Source of the DNA: an uncultured Planctomycetaceae bacterium
GTDB lineage: Bacteria; Planctomycetota; Planctomycetia; Isosphaerales; Isosphaeraceae
NCBI GenBank assembly: GCA_963833985.1
Contig: CAWIAD010000001.1
Coordinates: 2,784,001 to 2,848,000 of the forward strand
Direction: 5' to 3'
DNA: 64,000 nt
The notes under the pieces are model-generated. The model saw nothing but the letters and a program-made list of their open reading frames with translations. It was not told the DNA's origin and ran no database searches. The position numbers and the translations under genes were made by a program. Shown here piece after piece: positions 55,844 to 64,000 of this stretch (the stretch's first letter is position 1; each line of letters starts with the position of its first letter).

Positions 55844-56043
55844 GGCCGGTCCTCACAGGAGAGAAGGTTGATGATTTTCCAGATTAAGTTCGTGACTTCC
55901 GCGTGCACAATAGGTGCGGGGATTCCGCCCGCAGCTCGGGTCGATCCGCAAGCCAAGCGTCTGGTAACCTGGAAAGCCTATCGAAACTCAGGATCCCGAT
56001 CCGTCACGGTCCATCCAGGTCCGGCTCCAGATCGAGAGTGTTC

Positions 56044-57847
<1,804 letters not shown>

Positions 57848-58042
57848 CCCCCGCGCCGCATCGAGTGCTCGAATCACGCGGGTTTCATCAAAAAAAGGCA
57901 AAAAGGTGCCTTGCGGAATGATGCGCTCGTGTACCATAACGTGGTGCTGGCGCCGTCCACATCATGCCTGGGAGCCGTCTGCTTCCCGGGCTTTCGCGTG
58001 CAGACGAGCTTCCCGGCGCGTGTGAGGCTCAGGGAGGAAACA

Positions 58043-58683
58043 GTGCACTCGGTTCACGTGTCTGCTCATCCCGTCGTGCGGCACAAACTCTCGATGCTGC
58101 GCGACGTCCGCACCGGTCCGCCAGAGTTTCGCCACCTGGTGCGTACGCTGGCCGTGCTGATTGCGGCCGAGGCCACGGCCGACCTGCCTGCGCGAGACCG
58201 AGGTCACGACGCCCCTGGGACTGGCCGCCGGCCGGGTGCTGGCCGACGTCGTCGGCATCGTTCCTGTCCTGCGCGGGGCTGGGCATGGCCGAGGGGATCC
58301 TCGACCTCATCCCGGAAGCCGAGGTCTGGCACATCGGCCTCTTCCGCGACGAGACCACGCTCCGGCCGACCGAGTACTACAACAAGTTCCCCCAGCGCCC
58401 GCGAATCACGCTGGGACTGGTGGTCGACCCCATGCTGGCCACCGGCGGCTCGGCGGTACGCACCTGCGAGATCCTCAAGGCCGCCGGCGTGCCCCGGCTC
58501 AAGCTGCTGACGCTCATTGCCGCCCCGGAAGGGATCGCACGGATGAACCGGGCCATGCCCGACGTGCCGATCCATGTCGGCGCCATCGACGAGCGGCTCA
58601 ACGACGTGGGCTTCATCCACCCCGGCCTGGGCGATGCCGGCGACCGACAATTCGCGACCGGCACGGAGGCTGCCGGAACATGA
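58043..58683 (+). CDS. upp: Uracil phosphoribosyltransferase (frameshifts near 58190 and 58275)
   Basis: HPVVRHKLSMLRD, EVTTPL, VPVLR, HIGLFRDE, VDPMLATGGS and PGLGDAGDR across three frames. Confidence 0.9.
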
Positions 58684-58735
58684 GCACGCGACGCATTTTC
58701 GACCCTTCTCGGCACGTGGAAAGGCTGGACCTGTC

Positions 58736-60043
58736 ATGATCCGAGCCGTCGATATCATCCGCAAGAAGCGGAATGGTGAGGAGCTCAGCCGCGCGGAGAT
58801 TGACCGCATGGTCACGGGCATCGCCACCCGAGAAGTGGCCGATTACCAGTGGTCGGCGCTGCTCATGGCCATCGTCTGGAAGGGCATGACGCATGCCGAG
58901 ACCGCCGCGCTCACCGAGGCGATGATCAACTCCGGGACCATGGTCAACCTGAGCGGCATCCCGGGCCGGAAGATCGACAAGCACAGTACCGGCGGCGTGG
59001 GCGACAAGACCTCGCTGATCCTCGGTCCCATCGTCGCGGCCGCGGGGGTCTCGGTGCCCATGGTCTCCGGCCGGGGGCTCGGGCATACCGGCGGCACGCT
59101 GGACAAGCTGGAATCCATCCCCGGCCTGCGCACCAACCTGGACCTGAAGGCCTACAAGGACGTGCTCAGCCGGTGCGGGCTGGTGATGATCGGCCAGACG
59201 GCCGAGATCGCCCCGGCAGACAAGTACCTCTACGGCCTCCGTGACGCCACGGCCACGGTGGAATCGATCCCGCTGCTCGCTTCCTCGATCATGTCCAAGA
59301 AGCTGGCGGAGGGGATCGACGGGCTCGTCCTGGACGTCAAGACCGGCAACGGAGCGTTCCTGGAGCGGTTCTCCGAATCGCGCAAGCTGGCCGAGACCAT
59401 GTGCGCCATCGGCCGCAGCATGGGCAAGCGCGTGGTCGCGCTCATCACCCGCATGGACCAGCCCCTGGGCCTCGCCGTGGGCAACGCGGTGGAAGTGGCC
59501 GAGAGCATTGAATGCCTGCGCGGCAAGGGGCCCTTCGACCTCATGGAGGTCACCATCGAGCTCGCGGCCGAGATGATTGTGATGGGCGAGCGCGGCGAAC
59601 CTGCACGAGGGCGCGGGATCTGCCGGCGGCTCATCGCCGACGGCCGCGCGCTCGAGCGGCTGCGGCGAATGGTCGAGGCCCAGGGAGGCAACCCCCGCGT
59701 CGTCGACGACCCCACCCTTCTGCCCGCCCCGCGCCGGCGCATCGAGGTGACGTCGTCGCGCAACGGAATCATCGGCAAGCTGGCGGCGCGGCCCATCGGG
59801 CACGCCACCATGCTGCTGGGCGCGGGGCGGCCGCGCATGGAATCCTCCGTCGACCATGCCGTGGGCATCCTGCTGCACAAGAAGACCGGCGACCATGTCG
59901 TGGAGGGGGAACCGCTGTGCACGTTGCTGGTCAACGACGAGACTTATCTTGAGGAAGTCACCGCCCTGGTTGCAAAAGCCTACGTGCTGGCCGACGATGA
60001 GATGACGGTTCCCGAGCAGGTCCTCGAACGGCTCAACGGTTGA
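58736..60043 (+). CDS. pdp: Pyrimidine-nucleoside/thymidine phosphorylase
   Basis: DKHSTGGVGDK, SGRGLGHTGGTLDKLES, LRDATATV, SIMSKK and LDVKTGNGAF. Confidence 0.92.
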   Translation: MIRAVDIIRKKRNGEELSRAEIDRMVTGIATREVADYQWSALLMAIVWKGMTHAETAALTEAMINSGTMVNLSGIPGRKIDKHSTGGVGDKTSLILGPIVAAAGVSVPMVSGRGLGHTGGTLDKLESIPGLRTNLDLKAYKDVLSRCGLVMIGQTAEIAPADKYLYGLRDATATVESIPLLASSIMSKKLAEGIDGLVLDVKTGNGAFLERFSESRKLAETMCAIGRSMGKRVVALITRMDQPLGLAVGNAVEVAESIECLRGKGPFDLMEVTIELAAEMIVMGERGEPARGRGICRRLIADGRALERLRRMVEAQGGNPRVVDDPTLLPAPRRRIEVTSSRNGIIGKLAARPIGHATMLLGAGRPRMESSVDHAVGILLHKKTGDHVVEGEPLCTLLVNDETYLEEVTALVAKAYVLADDEMTVPEQVLERLNG

Positions 60044-60067
60044 CCCGGGCTCCCCAGGCTGTGGCGG

Positions 60068-61567
60068 ATGCTCGTCGGAAAGGCGAAGGTGATGCTCAGG
60101 CGGCCACTTCCCGTGTTCATGGCCCTGGTACTCCTTTGCTTGACGCATGGCGGCCGCTCGGCTCAGGGAGCGGAGCAGGAGGACCCATCAAAGTCCCACC
60201 CGCCCGCCGGTCCCGCAGCCGCACGGCCGGCGGGCGCGGATCGCTCCGGCGAGCGGAGCTCGACCGCGGACGAGGAATCCGTCGAGGTTCGCCGCGAGTA
60301 CGAGATCTCGCTGGGCCCCTGGTCCACCCGCATCACCCTTCCCGGCTCGACCGACCTCCTGGACCTGGCCGATCGCGCGCGCGGCCTGATGGGCATGGCC
60401 GCCATCCTGGCCGCGGCATTCTATCTCTCGGAGAACCGCCGCGCCGTGTCCTGGCGGGTCGTCTTCTGGGGTCTGTCCCTCCAGTGGCTCTTCGCCATCC
60501 TGGTCCTGCGCGTGCCTGCCGGCGTGCGTGTCCTGCGCCGGGCCGGCGACGCGGTCGAGGCGATGCTCGGCTGCGCCATGGCCGGCGCCGAGTTCGTCTT
60601 CGGCAAGGACATGGTCGACCCCAAGGGTCCCGCCGGGTTCGTCTTCGCGTTTCGCGTCCTGCCCACGGTGATCTTCGTGGCCGCCCTGTTCGCCGTGCTC
60701 TACCATCTGGGCATCATGCAGCGCATCGTGCGGGTCGTCGCCTGGCTGATGGCCTGGCTGATGGGGACCAGCGGCGCCGAGTCGCTGAATGTGGCCGCAT
60801 CGCTCTTCCTGGGACAGACCGAGGCCCCGCTCACCATCCGCCCCTACCTGCCAACCTTGACCAACTCCGAACTGCTGACGGTGATGACCGCGGGCATGGC
60901 CCACGTCTCCGGCGGGGTGATGGCGGCCTACTTCGCTTACGGGGTCGAGCCGCGCCACCTGATCACGGCCGTGATCATGACCGCGCCCGGGGCCATCCTG
61001 CTCTCCAAGCTGCTGCTGCCGGAAACCGGCAAGCCCGAGACGCTGGGCCATGTGCAAGCCGCCGAGGAACACCCCGACGCGAACATCCTGGACGCGGCCG
61101 CCCGCGGCACCCGCGACGGCCTGCACCTGGCGCTCAACATCGCCGCCATGCTCATCGCCTTCCTGGGCCTGATCGCACTCGTGAATCTGGGCCTGGGAAA
61201 GTTCGGTACGTCCCTCCAGTCGCTCTTCGGCTGGATCCTCTCCCCGGTGGCCTACCTGCTGGGCGTCCCCTGGGAAGACTGCCGGGCCGTGGGGGGCCTG
61301 CTGGGCACGCGCACCGTGCTCAACGAGCTGATCGCGTTCCAGGAGCTGGGCAAGCTGCACGGCCAGCTCATCGAGCGCTCGTTCGTGATCTCCAGCTTTG
61401 CCCTCTGCGGGTTCGCCAACTTCAGCTCGATCGGCATCCAGCTCGGCGGCATCGGCGCCCTGGCGCCGGAGCGCCGGCATGACCTGGCGCGCCTGGGCTT
61501 CCGCGCCCTCCTGGCCGGAACCCTGGCCAACTTCCTCTCGGCCTGCATCGCGGGGGTCTTGCTATGA
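60068..61567 (+). CDS. nupC: Concentrative nucleoside transporter (NupC/CNT family)
   Basis: [33 protein letters not shown] and [13 protein letters not shown]. Confidence 0.9.
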   Translation: MLVGKAKVMLRRPLPVFMALVLLCLTHGGRSAQGAEQEDPSKSHPPAGPAAARPAGADRSGERSSTADEESVEVRREYEISLGPWSTRITLPGSTDLLDLADRARGLMGMAAILAAAFYLSENRRAVSWRVVFWGLSLQWLFAILVLRVPAGVRVLRRAGDAVEAMLGCAMAGAEFVFGKDMVDPKGPAGFVFAFRVLPTVIFVAALFAVLYHLGIMQRIVRVVAWLMAWLMGTSGAESLNVAASLFLGQTEAPLTIRPYLPTLTNSELLTVMTAGMAHVSGGVMAAYFAYGVEPRHLITAVIMTAPGAILLSKLLLPETGKPETLGHVQAAEEHPDANILDAAARGTRDGLHLALNIAAMLIAFLGLIALVNLGLGKFGTSLQSLFGWILSPVAYLLGVPWEDCRAVGGLLGTRTVLNELIAFQELGKLHGQLIERSFVISSFALCGFANFSSIGIQLGGIGALAPERRHDLARLGFRALLAGTLANFLSACIAGVLL

Positions 61568-62460
61568 GCGCTGGTTCGGTGGACGTCGCGGCGTGGGCCG
61601 CGGAGGCGGCGAACGCCATCCGGGCCCTGGTCCCCGAGGTCCCTCCCGTCGCGGTGATCCTGGGCTCGGGCCTGGGCGGGCTGGCCAGCGGTCTGAGCGA
61701 CGCGGTCCAGGTTCCTTACGCCAGGATCCCCCACTTCCCAGCGACGTCCGTGATCGGCCACGCCGGGAACCTGGTCGCGGGCCACTTCGACGGCGCGGGA
61801 GTCCTCATCCTCCAGGGACGCTTTCACTACTACGAAGGCCACGACCTGAACGTGGTCACCTTTCCTGTGCGGGTGCTCCAGTTCCTGGGCGTGAAGACCC
61901 TCATCCTGACGGCGGCCACCGGCGGCATCCGCGCCGAGCTGCGGCCGGGGAACCTGGTCTGCCTCTCGGACCACCTGAACCTGCTGGGCGCCAACCCGCT
62001 GCGCGGTCCGAACGACGATCGGCTGGGCCCGCGGTTCCCTGATATGACCGAGGTTTATGCGAAGCGGCTGCGCACGCTGGCCCGAGAGGAAGGGCGCCGG
62101 CTGGGCATCAACCTCATCCCCGGCGTCTACGCCTGCCTGCCCGGCCCCAGCTTCGAGACGCCCGCCGAGATCCGCATGCTCCAGGCGCTCGGGGCCGACG
62201 TGGTGGGCATGTCCACGGTCCCCGAAGCTATCGTGGCGCGGCAGGCCGGCATGGAGGTCCTGGCCTTCGCGCTCGTGACCAATGCCGCCGCCGGCGTGGT
62301 GGGCACGCCGATCACGCACGAGGAGGTGCTGGAAGCGGGCAAGAGGTCCGGACCCTTGCTCGGCAAGCTGATCCGCCGGGTGGTGATGAAGCTCGCAGGC
62401 GCGGAGCCCGGGAAGACGGGCCTCACCGGAGATTTTCCGACGCTTGGAACCGGGCATTGA
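61564..62460 (+). CDS. punA: Purine-nucleoside phosphorylase (trimeric PunA/XapA type)
   Basis: [44 protein letters not shown] and TN. Confidence 0.9.
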   Translation: MSAGSVDVAAWAAEAANAIRALVPEVPPVAVILGSGLGGLASGLSDAVQVPYARIPHFPATSVIGHAGNLVAGHFDGAGVLILQGRFHYYEGHDLNVVTFPVRVLQFLGVKTLILTAATGGIRAELRPGNLVCLSDHLNLLGANPLRGPNDDRLGPRFPDMTEVYAKRLRTLAREEGRRLGINLIPGVYACLPGPSFETPAEIRMLQALGADVVGMSTVPEAIVARQAGMEVLAFALVTNAAAGVVGTPITHEEVLEAGKRSGPLLGKLIRRVVMKLAGAEPGKTGLTGDFPTLGTGH

Positions 62461-62486
62461 AGCTCTGGATCCTCTGGAGTAGTTGC

Positions 62487-62573
62487 GTAGGGTGGGTCAG
62501 CGCAGCGCAACCCACCAGTTGGCACACATTGCTGGAGCTGTTGCGTATGGTGGGTCAGCGCAGCGCAACCACC
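62487..62573 (+). repeat. Two GTAG-type REP-like palindromes between convergent genes
   Basis: GTAGGGTGGGTCAGCGCAGCGCAACCCACC, a decayed copy at about 62545 and a third copy at 63900. Confidence 0.7.
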
Positions 62574-62612
62574 GATTGGCACTTTCAGAAGCCGGCAGAA
62601 ATCACGCACCGC

Positions 62613-63299
62613 TCAACCATCGAGCCGCTGTTCCAGCCGGCTCACCAGCGCAGGCACGTCATACCCGGCCAAACTGTCGACCACCTCATCGGCGCCGGCC
62701 TCCCGGAGCGGGCCGGCGGGATGCGAGTTCGTCACGCCCACCGCGTACATGCCCGCGGCCTTCGCGGCGCGGATGCCCACCGGGGCGTCCTCGAAAACGA
62801 CCGCGCGCGTCGGGGCGATGCCGGCCTTCTCGGCCGCGACCAGGAAGACCTGCGGATCGGGCTTGCCGCGCGTGATGTCTTCGAGCGCGGCGATGGCCGC
62901 AAACCGGCTCTCGAGCCCGCACTCGCGGATGGTCAGCTCAAGGTTCTCGCGCACGCCGCTGGAGCCGATGGCCAGCCGCACGCCCTGGGCCGTGAGTGCG
63001 TCGAGCACCTCGCGCACGCCGTCCATGAGCGCGATCTTCCCCGTGGCCACGGCGCGGTAGCACTCCTCCTTCTCATCGGTGTGCCGGGCGATCTCGGCAT
63101 CCGTGATCGCGTCGCCCTCGAGCAGCCGGAGGATACTCGGATTGGTCATGCCGAAGGTCTGGTGGATGAACTCCGCGGTGATCGCCAGCCCGCTCCGCCG
63201 GCCGTATTCCAGCCAGGCGGCCTGATGGAGCGCCAGGGTATCGACAAGCACGCCGTCGTGATCGAAGATTGCCAGAACCAGCCGATCGTCTCCAGACAC
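62613..63299 (-). CDS. HAD-family phosphatase (beta-PGM/CbbY-like)
   Basis: IFDHDGVLVDT, GSS, KPDP and VFEDAPVG; GTG start inferred. Confidence 0.88.
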   Translation of the reverse strand: MSGDDRLVLAIFDHDGVLVDTLALHQAAWLEYGRRSGLAITAEFIHQTFGMTNPSILRLLEGDAITDAEIARHTDEKEECYRAVATGKIALMDGVREVLDALTAQGVRLAIGSSGVRENLELTIRECGLESRFAAIAALEDITRGKPDPQVFLVAAEKAGIAPTRAVVFEDAPVGIRAAKAAGMYAVGVTNSHPAGPLREAGADEVVDSLAGYDVPALVSRLEQRLDG

Positions 63300-63538
63300 T
63301 TTCCTGTCCCGTCGGTTTGCCACCGCTCGGCCCCGTCGGGCGGAACGGCAACGCACCGCTCATCGCCCCGGCCCCAGCGCCGTGCGCTGTCGCTCGATAT
63401 GACCCGACCCAGCCTACCTGAAACCCGGATCGCTCGCCATGACGGCAACCGCCTCCTCCCCAGCGCCGATCCTGCCTGGCCCGGGAGTGATGGAGAGCAC
63501 AGTCCGCAGCTTATACGTTCGTTTCTTCCGACAGTTCT

Positions 63539-63819
63539 GGACGATGCCGCGCAACCGCGCATCGTAGGGTGGCGTCGAGCGCAGCGAGGCCCACCAATTC
63601 TCCGATTCGCCGGGACGATGCCGTGCAACCGCGCATCGTAGGGTGGCGTCGAGCGCAGCGAGGCCCACCAATTCTCCGATTCGCCGGGACGATGCCGTGC
63701 AACCGCGCATCGTAGGGTGGCGTCGAGCGCAGCGAGGCCCACCAATTCTCCGATTCGCCGGGACGATGCCGTGCAACCGCGCATCGTAGGGTGGCGTCGA
63801 GCGCAGCGAGGCCCACCAA
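63539..63819 (+). repeat. 74-bp tandem repeat (3.8 copies), each with a GTAG REP-like palindrome
   Basis: Units start at 63539, 63613, 63687 and 63761, near-identical; each contains GTAGGGTGGCGTCGAGCGCAGCGAGGCCCACC and CGATGC...GCATCG. Confidence 0.9.
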
Positions 63820-63899
63820 CTGGCCCCCCTCCCTCTCAGTTTACGATGAAATGACCCGGCATCCTCCCACAACGCCCCTGGCGAACGGCTCGTGGCCGC

Positions 63900-63929
63900 G
63901 TAGGGTGGGTCGGCGCAGCGCAACCCACC
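63900..63929 (+). repeat. GTAG-type REP-like palindrome
   Basis: GTAGGGTGGGTCGGCGCAGCGCAACCCACC, one mismatch to the copy at 62487. Confidence 0.7.
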
Positions 63930-64000
63930 GGCTGGCAGACCCTTGCGTGCGCCGCTCGAAACCCGCCGAAAAACGTCCCGGGTCGATACCAATTGCACCC

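Noticed and set aside
63539..63819. Possible CRISPR array
   Set aside because: Whole 74-bp units are near-identical, so there are no unique spacers, and no cas genes are in the window.

Overview
GC-rich (roughly 65-70% by eye) bacterial DNA that looks like a planctomycete, probably Isosphaeraceae-like (inferred from DUF1559, DUF1501, DUF1549/DUF1553, YTV-repeat, ECF-TPR and HEAT-repeat genes). Most of the window is ordinary chromosome: argJ, tyrA-purL-NYN-purQ, gpsA, an upp-pdp-nupC-punA salvage cluster, uvsE and two PIN-type toxin-antitoxin pairs. About ten genes carry small (1-2 base) frameshifts, mostly in G/C runs, which are more likely assembly errors than real pseudogenes. The strongest signal is a three-layer nested element at 49437-53575. 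(1) A group II intron (49550-53558) sits in the loop of a REP-like hairpin within a decayed ~33-bp array. (2) Its reverse transcriptase gene is split at the conserved PQGAPI|SPLL motif by a 2015-bp element encoding only a 66-aa ORF and a large serine recombinase. (3) That element has perfect 23-bp inverted ends around a duplicated GATC core. The recombinase frame runs across the right junction, so its C-terminus differs between integrated and excised states; in the predicted circle its stop overlaps the small ORF start (ATGA). A second accessory block (about 3750-8880) carries two DUF1573 genes, a 10-Cys secreted peptide, a lipoprotein, a DUF1559 gene and an IS630, and is bracketed by a ~205-bp duplicate of the 3' end of a giant Cys-rich YTV-repeat gene. 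A ~103-bp MITE/REPIN-like element occurs twice, and a 74-bp REP tandem array lies near the end. No rRNA, tRNA or CRISPR array was found. Family names come from motif recognition, not database searches.
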